Source: the human T2T-CHM13v2.0 reference genome, Homo sapiens. Taken from it: a DNA stretch of 64,000 bases. Each line of letters opens with the position of its first letter. Position 1 is the first letter of the stretch. Made by a program: the position numbers and the translations under genes. Under the pieces are notes generated by a model that saw only the letters and a program-made list of their open reading frames with translations, was not told the origin of the DNA and searched no databases. The stretch lies in the NCBI RefSeq assembly GCF_009914755.1, contig NC_060925.1; one strand, given 5' to 3'. Of this stretch, positions 24,371 to 38,908 are shown piece by piece.

Positions 24371-26941
24371 ACATACATTATAAGAATAAATCCTCAGAAG
24401 GATAGCAGCACCATTACAGAATCAGGTGAAGGTGAGTAGACTGAATATGAAGAAGATATGATGAGTGTCCCACCTATGTGGGGAGAAGATGTGAATTGCT
24501 GTAATGAGATATAGGAATATAATTAATTGGCTTTCTTTATATCCAGATTGGATGCAGCTTTGATTCTTCAGCATTACTGTAAGGGGATGGGGCGGGGAAA
24601 ATCCATAATAAGCTCTGTGATCCTACAAATTTCATTTCAGAAAGTTAGAAATTTATTAAGCAAATAAGACAGGCCATGTCACCAGCGGATCGGCATCAGG
24701 CAAAAACCCAACAGTGTAATTGGCCAATGCTCGGAAGAATGACATAACGAAGCTTGGGGTTGCCATGAGATCTACATGAAAACAATTTCTGTGCTGAACC
24801 ATAGGTAGCTCTTGAGTTTATAAACCCTCAAGTCTCCCATTAATCCAGTCTTCAATAACTGGATGATTTAAGTAGTTACAGTATTTTTTAAAATCTTAAT
24901 CCTGAGAGCTAAGTATTCAATCGTTTTCTAAAGAAACGCAGCAAAGAAAGTAAAATCAAACAACCTGCCTCAAAATGGCAGCATGTCCACACACTGGCTT
25001 CGGTCTGAAGGCACCAAATGACCTGGGCATCCTCTAGTATGTTGCAAAGTTTAATCACCACTAGATCGAAACTAAATACCAGAACACAGGTGTGCATCAT
25101 TCAAATTGGCAAATCAATATATTAATACTTTTTTTAAAAGTCAGTGAGAAAACCACCAAAATCATTTATTAAAGGGAACTCAAGTGGCACAGGAAGATCT
25201 TCAAGCCAAGTCCCATTCATTTCCCATTAAATCTGCTACAAGAACCTTAAACTGCTCCCCTCAAAGAAAAAGTTAGTTGGACAGTGACCAGTGAGATACA
25301 AAAGAAGAATCACAACGCCCAACTACTAAAACCCAGGATGGTTTTTTAAAAAATGAATCCCTTGATTGAGGGTCACCAGAGAAGACAGATATTAACTAAT
25401 CACAGAAAGAATTAATTAGAAGCTAGGAGGAGACCAGTATTCCAAGCCAAAGTAGTAATCTGTGTGAAGACTTTGCTGGAACTTGTATTATGTCTGAAAG
25501 ATTGAAATAAAGTGCCTTAATCCAAACTGGGATTTTCCTGACTGACATCTACTAGTTCTTCAGGTCCCCAGCCTACACATAACCACTTCAGGAAGCCCTT
25601 CTCTACTTTATCTTTTCAACTAAATCACGCCTTCTGACACTACATTCCCTGACGACACCTTCTACCATTGCTTCATTGAACTAAAAGAATTATCTGTACC
25701 CTCGGGTATGATTATAGAGATGCTTAGTCTAAATGCAAACCAAGATACAACTTTAGAGAAAATTCTGGAGCCTACAGAGTAGACCAGAGAAGCATCTCAC
25801 AATGAATCCTCCCCAAATAAGTCTTATTCTTTCTATATATGTCAAGCATTAAGTAAACACTTGAGCAGCACAAGTCACAGGCGATCCATGCTGGCCATTA
25901 ATCGGCAGTGGCAATATCAGTAAAGTCAACGCTCTTCCAGCATCTCCTGGACTAAGATCAGTGTCCAGTGTTTTTATTTTATTTTTTTCCACAGTATTTT
26001 GACTATCTCAAGATAAGCTTCTAGAGAAAAAAAATACAAAAACAAATGTAACAAGGTCAATTGAGCTGCGCGTGCTATGTCTGGAAACACATGTGCCGTC
26101 ACATAATTTAGCACCTAAAGAACAAGAGGCTGCAAAACTGCATCCCCAGGGAAGCCCAGAGCTGGCAAAGTAATCTCTGCAGACATGAGGAACTCTGCTC
26201 ACCCACTTTAATTTTAACGCTACTATGTACAAGCTTAAATATAGAATCAATCACAAAGAAATAATACATATTTAAGCAGACACAGGGCTAACGAATCTGA
26301 GCCAGTACAATTCTGAAAACTTTCAAGTTTCCCTTTCTCACTCTGACATTTCTAGGCTTGCTAATAGTCCTCACAATGTCCAGGAAGATCCGTGTTTCCA
26401 TTATTCCCTCCTGTTATCATACACTGACCATATCTTGTGTGCCTCCTAGATGATTCATACATTTTCTTAGCTCTAAAAATACTACAGTTTTAGTGCTAGA
26501 ATAAATGTAGAGAACTTAGAAGTAAAAAAATGTTTTGAAGGTGAGATAGGAAAAAGCCAACTATCTTGAACAATTCAAAAGACTTTCTTAGCAAATCTCA
26601 TTTCTGAGAGCTTTGTATAGAAATTTCATCATCAGCTTTGGCTGCTATGGCAACTAGATATTTCAGAAATGATTTGAAATGAGTATCACTACATATCCAG
26701 CATCTTTTGCAAGAAACAGAAAAGACTATGAAATCTAATCCACTGTAAATTTCAAAATATAGTGTTAATTTTCATTTTTGAAATCTATTTATGCTTCTAT
26801 TTGCAAATCAATAGATAACAACCTGGTACGATTACATATGAGCACGATGGAGAAGTCTTTCATTTTAGTCCTTAACTGTCACATTAAAGCATCATTTAGG
26901 TACTCTCGTCCCAGTTTTATTAGGCCTTTAAAAAAAAAAAA

Positions 26942-27235
26942 GGCTGGGCACAGTTGCTCATGTCTGTAATCCTTTGGGAGGTCATGGTGGGAAGACTGCT
27001 TGAGTCCAGGAGCCTAGGTAACACACAGATACCTCGTTTCTCCAAAAAAAAAAAAAAAAAAAAAAAAAGTAAAAATTAGCCAGGAGTGATGGTACACACT
27101 TGTAATACCAGCCACTCGGGAGGCTGGGGTGGGAAGATCGCCTGAACCCAGGTTTTCAAAGTTGCAGTGAGCCGTGATCACGCCACTGCACTCCAACCTG
27201 GGTGATAGAGCAAGACCATGTCTCAAAAAAAAAAA
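26942..27235 (+). mobile_element. AluJ with expanded middle A-tract
   Basis: ggctgggcacagttgctcatg...gcttgagtccaggag; long internal A run at about 27044-27068. Confidence 0.9.
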
Positions 27236-28160
27236 GACAATTTTTTGGGCAGTTTTAGGTTCACAGCAAAATTAAGTGGAAAGTACAGTTTCCATATAAT
27301 CCTTGTCCCCTCCCCAACCTACCCCACTATCAACACCCTGCATCTAAGTGGTACATTTATTACAATCAACAAACCTACATCGCTACATCATAATCACCCG
27401 AAGTTCATAGTTTACGCTAGGGTTCACTCTTGGTGTTATATATTCTATGGGTTTGGACAAATTTATAATGACATATATCCACCATTAGGGTATCAAATAT
27501 CAAAAATCAAATCCTGTGTTCCATCTATTTATCCCTCCCACTCTTCTTAAGCCTTAGCAACCACTAATCTTTTCACCATCTCCATAGTTTTGCCTTTTCC
27601 AGAATGTCAAATAGTTGGAATCACATAGCATGTAGACTTTTCAGATAGACTTCTTTCACTTAGCATGCATTTAAGGTTCTTCCACGTCTTTCCATAGCTT
27701 GACAGCTCATTTCATTTTAGCATTGAATAATATTCCATTGTCTGGAGGTACCACAGTTTATCTATTCACCCACTAAAAGACATTTTGGTTACTTCCAGGT
27801 TTTAGCAATTATGAACAAAGCTGCTATAAACACTTGTGCACAGGTTTTTGTGTGGACATGTTTCCAGCTCATGTGGGTTATACCAAGGATTGTAATGTCT
27901 TGACTGTACAGTAAGAGTATGTTTACTTTTGTAAGAAACTGCCAAGTTTTCTTCCAAAGTGGCTGTACCATTTTGCATTTCCACCAACAATGAATGAGAG
28001 TTACTGTTACTCTACATTCTTGCCAACATTCAGCGTTGTCAGTGTTTTGGAGTTTGGCCATTCTAATAGGTGTTAATGGTATTTCATTGTTAGTTTAATT
28101 TGTAATTCCCTAGTGAGATATATGTCAAGCACCTTTTCATATTCTTATTTGCCAGGCCTT
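27236..28160 (-). mobile_element. L1MC1/2-like 3' end
   Basis: agttttaggttcacagcaaaattaagtggaaagtacag 3' UTR; minus ORF 27789-28061 gives ORF2-like CWQEC...LIHCWWKCKMVQPLWK. Confidence 0.85.
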
Positions 28161-29059
28161 TCCTTTTAGCCATATCTATGCCAAAGCCCAAGTCCCACTG
28201 AATCTTGCACAACAGAATAAAAACAAGGTCTTCAATGATGAGTTAGTTGTGATTTGATTTAATCAATGAACCAGCCATGGTTTTCACATTCTACCCTGCA
28301 GAGCTACTATTCCTGGGTCACTGAAATAGCTCATAGCAAATACATGCTAGAGCAAAGAAAGCTGTGTGGAAATGTAAAGTAATGCAATGACTGGATAATT
28401 TAATCAGCATTTACACCCATGCACCTTAACTACATATATGTAAAAGCATCAAACGAGTTCTCAAATTCCCTGCTTAGGTCATGACACTGAGGGGTTCACA
28501 TAGAATCATCAGTGTTTGCTTGAAAGTCCACAAAGTAAGGAGATTTATTCTTGATTGAAGTTTTCACAGCATGTTACCCTGAATATTTAGGGATGATGGT
28601 TAAGGGTTATGGAGGTCAAGATGAACTGGTAGAGAGAGCAGCATGTTAAGTTGTGTAAGTGTTTGCTGAAGGACAATGGGGAAATGGAGTGAGAGACATT
28701 CTGCAAGTGTGCCACAATTCAAAAGAACCAGCATCCTCATTAAAAATTGTGAATTTATTAAAATAATGGCAAAGTTATTTTGGAAGTAAACTGATCTAAC
28801 TATAATTCTTTTTCCTCTTGAAACTTATCAATTTTAAGATACTTACAATAGTGTAATCTCTTAAAAGTTTTCTACCTCTGCACTTAAGTGTAGAAACAAG
28901 CTTATGCTGACCTTTTGAATAGAATCTAAAGCAATGTGCACTACCTTTATCAATTCTAAAAGGCATTTCCAACAGCTCAGTCTTCCAAAAATATACTTTA
29001 AATGTAGTAGTTAGTGCAAATGATATATCAGAAGTATCGAGTAAAGAAGAAAAATACTA

Positions 29060-29756
<697 letters not shown>

Positions 29757-30030
29757 TTATCATACAAAATTTTAAACATGAGCAAAGTAGAGAAAAATGA
29801 TAGTATACTCTAGTGTACGTATGATTCAGTCTCAAAATTACTGATTCATGGTCATTACTGTTTCATTTACACTCTCTACCCTACCCTCACCCCAAATCAT
29901 TTTGAAGAAATCTTCTGACGTCATGTCTTTTCAACCATAAGTATTTCAGTAGGGATCTCTAAAAGACAGGCATTCTTTTCTTTCTTTCTTTCTTTCTTTT
30001 TTAACACCACTGTAATACTATTATCACGTC

Positions 30031-30625
30031 CGGTAGGGGTTAAATCAGCTCATACCTGCTCAGCCAAAGAGAAACTGTGTATGCCACTCTTCCCACTCAC
30101 GGACCCATGACTTCATGAACGTGGCTTGAAATTAACCATGAAGGGAGTGTATACACCATGAAAATCCACAAATACTAACAGCAGGGCTTTTATTTCTAGT
30201 AATAAAATTGTTAATTCTTTACTATCTGATATGGTTTGGATTTGCGTCCCTGCCCAAAGTTCATGTCAAATTGTAATCCCCAGTGTTGTAAAAGGAGCCT
30301 GGTGGGAGGTGATTGGTCCATGGGGGTGGATTTCCCCCTTGCTGTTCTTGTGATAATGAGTGAGTCCCCATGAAATCTGGTAGTTTAAAAATGTGCAGCA
30401 CCTCCCACTGCTCTCTCTTCCTCCTTCTCCAGCCATGTAAGATGTGCCTGCTCCTCCTTCCCCTTCTGCCATGATTGTAAGTTTCCTGAGGCCTCCCTAG
30501 CCATACTTCCTGTATAGTCTGCAGAACTGTGAGTCAATTAAACCTCTTTTTCTAGGTGAATTACCCAGTCTCAAGTAGTTCTTTACAGCACTGCAAGAAT
30601 GGACTAATGCACCATCACACCTCTG
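30031..30625 (+). mobile_element. MER63A-like hAT element split by an MST LTR
   Basis: gtggcttgaaattaaccatgaagggagtgtatacaccatgaaaatccacaaatactaacagcagggcttt; end tcacacctctg follows the LTR. Confidence 0.7.
30227..30611 (+). mobile_element. MSTA/THE1D-like MaLR solo LTR
   Basis: tgatatggtttggatttgcgtccctgcccaaa...gaactgtgagtcaattaaacctc...ggactaatgca; 5-bp TSD ctatc/ccatc. Confidence 0.93.
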
Positions 30626-31206
30626 ACTCACACGTAGAAGATTAACAATGCTTACTTAATACCATTAGATGTCTACTCTACACAATGGTCATATTTCTTT
30701 GGTAAACCTTTTTTTCAGTTTGTATGTCTGAATAGTGATCAAAATAAAATCTATACTCTGTGACTGTTTGATATCCCTTAAATCTCTTTGAATCCATAGG
30801 ATCCCCAACATCTCTCTTTTTTCTGGCATTTGTTTTTATTGTTGTTAAGGGAACTGGGTTGTTTGCCCTGTGGAGTTCTTCACAGTCTGCAATTGCTAAT
30901 TGTATGCCTATGGTTTCATTTAACATGTTCCTCTGTTTCCTATAAATTGGTCATTAGATTTAGTGGCTTGCTAAGATGCAGGATTTATTTTGGGGGGCAA
31001 GACTTCTTCATAGGTGCAGGTGGTGCACGTCCATCAGAAGGAACTGTCATGCTGGTTGTGTTTCATTTTTGTAGTAATAATAGCCTACTGATGATTCTTT
31101 CAAAATGATAATATTTTGCATTCTATCACTTATTCTTCATTTACTATTTTAAATACATCTATAAGAGAAATTTATATTAATCAATCATTTGGCTAATTTA
31201 CACTTT

Positions 31207-31334
31207 ATTTTATTAATTTTTTGAGAGATGAGATTTTGCTACGTTGCCCAGCCCGGGCTCAAACTTCTGAGCTTAAGTCATTCTCTATTCTCCCTGGCTC
31301 AGACTCCCGAGTAACTAGGACTACAAGCCTGTGC
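31207..31334 (-). mobile_element. Free Alu monomer (FLAM/FAM-like)
   Basis: gagagatgagattttgctacgttgcccag...ctcccgagtaactaggactacaagc; TSD ctaatttacacttta / ctaatttatatttta. Confidence 0.8.
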
Positions 31335-32638
31335 CTAATTTATATTTTAACAGGATCACTCTGATTGCTGTGGTAGAAAAGACTCTAGAGGCAAGTTCGC
31401 AAGTGTGAAAATAGAGAAATAATCTAGGAGGGTGTTATGGCTACCTGGGAGAGCCATGGTCACGGCTAAAACCAGAGTATAACTCTGGAAGTAGAGAGAA
31501 GCAAGTAGGGAAGTCCAAGGACTGAGTTGACGCACAGCCAACAGCAGTTGTGAGTGTACTGGAGTTATAGATTTTTCCACTTGCAAGTGGCTCAGTAGGT
31601 TCCTGATGGTTAATAGGTTTTATCATAGCTGAGATGGGAATTTGGGCTCTGGGTGCTACAGCTGGGTATAAAAGCAAATCACTCAGCAGGAGGGTGAGGT
31701 AGGGGCCGGGAGCGGGTGTTGTGAAGAGAACTGATCATACAGGTTTCTTGTCTTAACAAAGCTCTGAGTTATATACTTAATGCTAAATAGGCAGTTAGTT
31801 TAAAATTCCAGTTATGTACTTTTGAAAGACAGCAGTGGACATTAATGATAGTTACTGCGCTGGCTTAAAAATAAAGAAAAAGTAAAGAAGTCTAAGAAAA
31901 AATATATTTGCACTTATGTGATGTTTGAGGAAGTCATGAGATTATCATGTTAAAGACCTACTTAACACATTTTCATCAGCACTCTATTATTGCCTATATT
32001 TAGGTTGTTCATGATTAAATCACAATTACTAATTGTAGTAATTATAATCTGTTGTAACCCTCTCTTGAGCTGTCAAAAAAAGCTGTTGTATTATTTAACA
32101 ACCTAATTTGACAAGAAACTTCAGCTAGTATATTATTTCAAGGTTTTAAAATTTTCAGACCATCTGTTTTTAAATGGTACATGCTTCATTTCTTTGAAGA
32201 CATCTCATATTTTCTCAGGTAGATTCTTTTACGAGTTTTTAACTGCTTTCACTGGCTAATTTCCGTTCCCAAGTTTTTATGAAATAATTTACAAATGTAT
32301 TTTCTTTTCCAGTGCTTCTAACGCCACTGATTAGTTTTCTCTAACTTTTGAATAGAAAACAAGTCGATGGAGAAACACATTCAGAAAAACACAAATTCTG
32401 AACTCCACATCATATTGAATCTCCAGTTTCTAGATGGAGTTTAATGTCGTCGGTCACCCATGCCCTCGTGGGTTCAGGCATCAGCGACGCCACTGTTGCT
32501 AATAAGCATGTCAGCTTCTTAGGGAAGGGATGCAGAGAATCGGAGGACACGTTTCCCCTGAGACACTTATAAAAAGAAGAGCATAATCTTACAGCTGGGT
32601 GGGCCATGAAGGTTTTCCAACAAACTACTCTTCCCATC

Positions 32639-33031
32639 TTTTTTTTTTTTTTTTCTGCAAAGGTTTTCTTATGCAAGGGGGAAGGGGCTCAGTCCCTGGC
32701 AGCTGCTTTCCTCAGGGCGGGGCCGGGACATTGCACAGGCTCTCTCACTTTCTCTTGGGGGGGAAGTGTGCCCCCCACCCTTTTCCTGATGAACTTGAGG
32801 GCCTGTTTGTCCTGGGAGAGCTTGAGCAACTCCACAGCACACCGCTCTATGGGACAAAGCCACACACCTCTCGGGGCATGTCTTGCGCGATTTTGGTGTT
32901 TGCTGAGGCGCCCGCTTGGCTGTGCCTTGGTTTCCTCACGTTCTTGGTCACCTTGTGGCCTTTGTTGAGGCCCACGGCCATGGGGTAGTGCAGGACCATG
33001 GCTGCTGCTCTCCGAGGGCCGCCGCAGAGGA
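32639..33031 (-). pseudogene. RPL36: Processed pseudogene of 60S ribosomal protein L36
   Basis: ATG at 32999 reads [27 protein letters not shown] (RPL36: [27 protein letters not shown]), then frameshifts. The later frame reads ELLKLSQDKQALKFIRKRVG...LRKAAARD with stop at 32689-32691. It has no introns, the RPL36 5' UTR ggagagcagcagcc, a short 3' UTR, a 16-nt poly-A (32639-32654) and a possible degenerate TSD cccatctt/cccacctt. Confidence 0.96.
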
Positions 33032-33238
33032 CCCACCTTCTCTTTTGTAGAAGGAAAAAGGTGTAGAAAGGGGAAGTGACTTTCTCTAAAGTAGAGAGTA
33101 GCCAGTAGACATGAATTTGGAAAGGTTTATGGGGGCTGAAGCATGGAATTCACATCAGAATAACGAGAAGAGAGGTTAATGGTTAATATATTTTCCAAGA
33201 AACCATGAGTAGCTATATTCTTTCTCTCATCTCTTTTT

Positions 33239-33960
33239 CACACACACACACACACACTCACACACGTCCACACACATTCACACACCCTCCCATGCACAAA
33301 TACACACACAGGTCCACACAACACAAGCACACACTACTACACACCCTCACACACATAAGCACACATGTCCACACACATACACACACACCCTTACACACAT
33401 ACCCTCACGTACATATATACCCATGTCCACACCCTTACACACATCCTCACATGTACATATACACACATGTCCACACACACGCACACACCCTTACACCCTT
33501 ACACACACCCTCACATGCACACACGTCCATACACCCTTTACACACACCCCCACACAGGCACATATGCACACGTCCACTCACACACACACGCACACATTGT
33601 TACACAAACACCCTCACATGGCCATGTACACACGTCCACACACATGCACACACCCTTACACACATACACATATGTCCACACACGTACAAACCCTTACACA
33701 CACACCTTCACAGGCATATATACGCACATGTCCACACACATGCACGTACCCTTTCACACACAAATACATGTCCACCCAACACATGCACACACTCTTACAC
33801 ACACATACACCCTTATACACATACCCTCACACACTTATGCACACGTCCCCACACTCGCACACATACGCACACACCTTTACACACACATCCTCACACATGA
33901 ACACACCCTCCTGTGTGCACACACATACACACATCTATCCACTCACATACACACAACACC
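33239..33960 (+). repeat. Degenerate CA-rich minisatellite (about 720 bp)
   Basis: (CA)n backbone with recurring catgtccacacac and cccttacacac units. Confidence 0.92.
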
Positions 33961-34789
33961 CTAGATGCCTAGTTTGGAACAGAAGCGGTTAACTGGCAAA
34001 ACATGTTATGTGAATGGCGTCCCAGTATTTTCTTTCAAATCACACTAACAACCAGGTAATGAGATAGTTTGCAAGGGAGAAAGAGTGTAAAAATGAAAGA
34101 AAAGTACTTGCAGGCAAATCAGTATTTGTTCACCTGTTGAATGTGTTTTGTTTGAATAGATTTTTATTGAAAGATTCTATTGTATTTCCCATGGTTTAGA
34201 TATTTTTCCAGCTTTTGTATAAATATGACCATACAAAATGCTCTTGTTCCCGCCCAATCTCTATTTGCAATTTACTGAATGAGTCATTTACAGAGAGGAT
34301 CCTGAGACCATCTAAAATACTATGAGTGGGCCCTGAAAATGCTCTCTTTCTACTCCCTCCTAATGAATTTAAGTGTTTGAAGAAAAACTTACTAAATTCA
34401 TGCGCCTATTAATAGTTCCACAATGAAGAAGAATCTAACAGGAGTTCAATGTAACCACTGTCATGGCAGAGAAATAACAAATGCATATTATATTTTTTAA
34501 AATCAGGCTTTTTTGAGTGCATCAATTATCCTGGTACTTCCCACTTAGTAAAAGCAGTGAGTAGGCCCTTTAAATCTATTTATTAATTCACTGAGCGATC
34601 TCAACAAACTGTTAAAAAAGCTTTAGGTATTCATTCAAACCAACTAAAATACACAGGTATCCTTTAGAAAATTAAAATCTAGGTAAAGAGAAGATAAAAA
34701 GAGGATACTGATTATTGATCACCCATTCTACGACGGGCCTTTTAATAGGCCCTATTTATAAATCAGGTCAACACACGAACGTCTCCACC

Positions 34790-34925
34790 ATTAAATAGAA
34801 ATTTGACAGGAGTAAGAGCATTGTTTCTCTGATGTATCGCCCAGCACCTGCAGTATCTGACACACAACAGATGCTAAGTCAATACTTTTGAATGAATGAC
34901 TGAATGAATGAATGAATGAATGAGA
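34790..34925 (+). mobile_element. L2 3' end with (TGAA)n tail
   Basis: cccagcacctgcagtatctgacacacaacagatgct...tgaatgaatgaatgaatgaa. Confidence 0.75.
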
Positions 34926-36173
34926 TGTCTTCCCAGAGAAGTGGTTAGTCCCAAGCTCCATAACATTGGGTGGGTGTCCTCAGCCAAAGTCACATCGCCT
35001 CAGGGTACAGAAATAGAAGACAATAAGGAAATGTGTTTAATGAGGATTTCGGTCATGTGTTGATACTCAGCTCTTCACCTCACTCCATCGACTGACTTCA
35101 TTCTTATGATTTTATACTTAAAATGTTTGTGCATTTGGATGCAAACAGCCTTACCAAGGGGAAATTAGGTATAACTCTGGAGACAATGATCTTTATTCTT
35201 TTTTAAGGGCCCGTTTCAGGCAATGATGCCAGGCTTTGCTGTTGCTAGGGAGATAGAGAGAATGTGGGGGGAATGAGGGGGACATTGAGTGTTTTCTTTA
35301 GCCTGCAGGCCAGGGCACAGTGACCAGAATGGAGAAATAGGGCCAGCCTGTTCTCTCAATCAAATCCCGTACAGTCCATTGAGAATAGAAGTAGTCATGA
35401 TTACGTTTTGGTATTTAGCCTAGAACCACCAAAAATATCAGCCTAAAACAATTCTATTCCAAATACTGCCATGTTATTTAAGTTGTCAATTGTTAGGAAG
35501 CATGGGGGCAATTTTGTGTTTTGACACGGATATGGATTAAGCACCTGGGAGAAGCATCTGCTCTGCAAGGTGACAGCAACAAGCCTGACAGAGAACCAGA
35601 GCAAACAGTCTTTTATCAGCTGGTCTATTACCTGAGAGACCCAGAGAAGACTGTGCCCAGCTGTGTGAATACTTCAGCAGGCTTGGGCTAGACAGCTGCT
35701 GAGTGTTCTTCGCAGTTTCTGTCATGGCCTGGATACAAGTGCTCTTAATCTAGTAGATTTTACCATGAGTCTGGCTGCTTTTTCCAGCACGCTCTCCAGG
35801 CCTGTTCATTGATTCATGCTGCAAGTACTTACAGTGAGTCTACTGTGCGGGGGGCCCTCTTAGCTTAATATACACAGAAAAGACACTTGGTTCAGCAAAG
35901 AAAAGAAAGGAGGATTCATTAATAGAAAGCCAGCTAATGCACAGTTTTTCCCCCCAAAATGTTTGAATTTTTTAAAAAATTACAGGAACTCACTTCTTAG
36001 CACATCAGGTCTCCCTTGTCTTTTTGCCCTCTGTCATCTTCTCTAAACCGAGGACAGCGATCAGCTACGTGAGAGTGGTATTCATGAGTGAACACATGGC
36101 CAAAAGAGGAACACACAAACTGGTCATGGTATTTTCTTTCCATCTCTCACAATAACCTCTCCTTTAATTTTCA

Positions 36174-36554
<381 letters not shown>

Positions 36555-37462
36555 CTATGAGAAACAGAAATCACCCAATTGCCCTGGCCATATTGTAGGC
36601 TGCTGTAAAGAAAGTTCACTACCAAAAGAAATTCTTCAAGTGCCGTGGCATCTGGTGTTAAGATTCCAGGCATCTGACATTTGCCACTCGACAGGAAAGA
36701 TATAGACAATAAAGTCATCCTTTAAGGTGTTACTAGAATGCTCTGTGTAAACTTGGTAGAATGTAAAGGTCTGAGGAACATTGTGTTATAATGTTATACT
36801 TTGCAGTACCTTTTCCTGTAAAGGAGTCCTGGTTTACTGAAAATTTAGGAAAGGAATGCAGATTGTGACATTTGCTTCTCTGGCATAGGAGGCAAGGCAA
36901 AATGCAAATGTTAGAATTAATCTCACTTTACAGCATTGCACTTAACACACGCGTTGAAGTAGCACAGATTCAAGAATCACCATGATTGCCTTCGTTCAAC
37001 AGCTTATGACACAGTGCCCAGATTCCTTTTAATTTCATGTAAAAGAATCAATGTGTCAAACTGGCAGAGTATCCTGAATAACCCTAGTGAGTGGCATTGG
37101 AACACTATGGTCGGTGCTATTCACAAGACAGCATTCCAGAGCAGGATAAGAAATGTGTCAGCTCAAAAACGACATTAATCCTGTTTCGTAAGCAATATTC
37201 CATTACAATAAGGTATACTGCCCAGGAAGACAACATGTTTGCTACTTCTAGATGTCTAAAAGGTCATTTTCTCCAGTCAAACTTTCATTACAAGAAGACA
37301 ATAAACCAATATTTGTGGTCATCTTTCTCTTTATGAAAAAAAGTCAAGAACTTGAGAAATTGACTGAAGTAGCACCCTGTCTTCTAATGTAGTCAAGTCT
37401 ACCATGTTCTGTTACGTACATTTATCTCAGGAAACAGTGTATATGAAGACCTAGAGACGAAG

Positions 37463-37610
37463 GTGTGAGAGTGTGTGTGTGTGTATGAGTGTGCGTGTGA
37501 GTGTGTTTGTGTGTCTGTGTGTGTGAGAGTGTATGTGTGTCTGTGTGTGTGAGTGTGTGTGTGTGAGAGTGTGTGTGTCTGTGTGTCTGTGTGTGAGTGA
37601 GCGTGTGTGG
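37463..37610 (+). repeat. Degenerate (TG)n tract
   Basis: gtgtgagagtgtgtgtgtgtgtatgagtgtgcgtgtga... Confidence 0.92.
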
Positions 37611-38294
37611 TGAGACAGAGGAAGAAAATATATGCAACACAAGAAGACAGGACTATGTCTTTTTTTTTTTTTTTAAACAATGTACTGCCCACGACAGTCA
37701 CGGAAGTGATGAAAATCCAGAACAATATGATGGGTATCATAAAATTACCAGGGAGTCAATGACTGCCCATGTAAAGGAGCTTATAGCAGTGACTGATGAG
37801 TGAATCATTCTCAGCCTTAAATGCTTCTCTTACCCAATTCAGAACTGTCCTACTTCCTGTTAAATGTGTTGTTAACCAGCAATTTTTAAATTCTTAATTT
37901 AAGATCCTTGCCTTGCTTTTTAAAATTCACTATTCAATCAAAGGGGTTCACTTGGCTATCAGGAATATTTTTCCCCAAAGAAGGCTACACAATGCACATT
38001 TGCAAGACAGTGGTCAAAGAAATTAGCCAGGATCCTTTCATCTCGATCCCTGGAGTTGGTGGAATGCAATGGAAGACAGAGGACTGGATCTGACTATGGT
38101 TCTGACACGGACTAATTTTTGACCAACAAGGTTTTCATCTTTTGTCATCTTTTGATTCCTCGCTTATAAAATATCTTCCTCAAAGCAGTTATAAAAATTT
38201 AAAATGAGATAAAACTGAAACTATAGGTTGAAAAGCATAAGACAATTAAAAGTATTGCTACTGTTAGATATTTTGTTAGCACCTTTTGAAAACA

Positions 38295-38908
38295 CAATTT
38301 GTTTTTCTATAACAACTTAGGCATTCCTGAAAATCACACACCACAGAAAATTGAGCAATAAAAACCACAGAGCTTAAGAGAAAAGAAACAGGGTGCAACG
38401 CTCTAAAAATTTTATCTGTGCCACATAAAAAACAAAGATAGGAACCTAATAAAAACGGCAGCACAGTGTTTCACTAGTTAATTGGCTAAGAAATACATAC
38501 ATACTACAATAGTTTTGTATTTTCAAGACAATACATTGTTTCTATCCTGACAAAGACCTGAAAGTTGGCTCATGGAAGTGAGCACCGGAAGAGCTAAAGC
38601 TTGTGAGTTATTGGAAAGTGGTAGAAAGAGGATTGTCTGAAGCTGGAGAGCTGTCATGCCAGTAGGAGGTGTTATGCTCATATCCAAGGCCTGAACTGTG
38701 AGGTAGCTGGTAGATGTTTGAGAAATGGGCGTTTTATATATTTCTATAGGGCTCAATTCAGCTGGGTGCAGTTTTTTTCATTCACTCACAAATGAAACTA
38801 TGCATAAACAATCACGAAATTCACATTGCATGAGAATTGCTCCCTAAGATATCAATTGTGTTGGAACAAATTTGTGTTTTCAAATGAGCATTATAGCAGA
38901 ACTGACTG
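38295..38908 (-). mobile_element. Tigger13a-like DNA transposon
   Basis: Right end cattatagcagaactgactg-TA; left end caatttgtttttctataac...gcaataaaaaccacagagc is the degenerate inverted terminus. Confidence 0.75.

Noticed and set aside
32599-32988. Plus-strand ORFs of 129 and 120 aa
   Set aside because: Antisense shadows of the GC-rich RPL36 pseudogene.
33205-33992. Long His/Thr-rich ORFs (231, 199, 189 aa)
   Set aside because: Artefact of the CA-rich repeat, which lacks stop codons in all three frames.
37399-37740. His/Thr-rich minus-strand ORFs
   Set aside because: Produced by the (TG)n tract.
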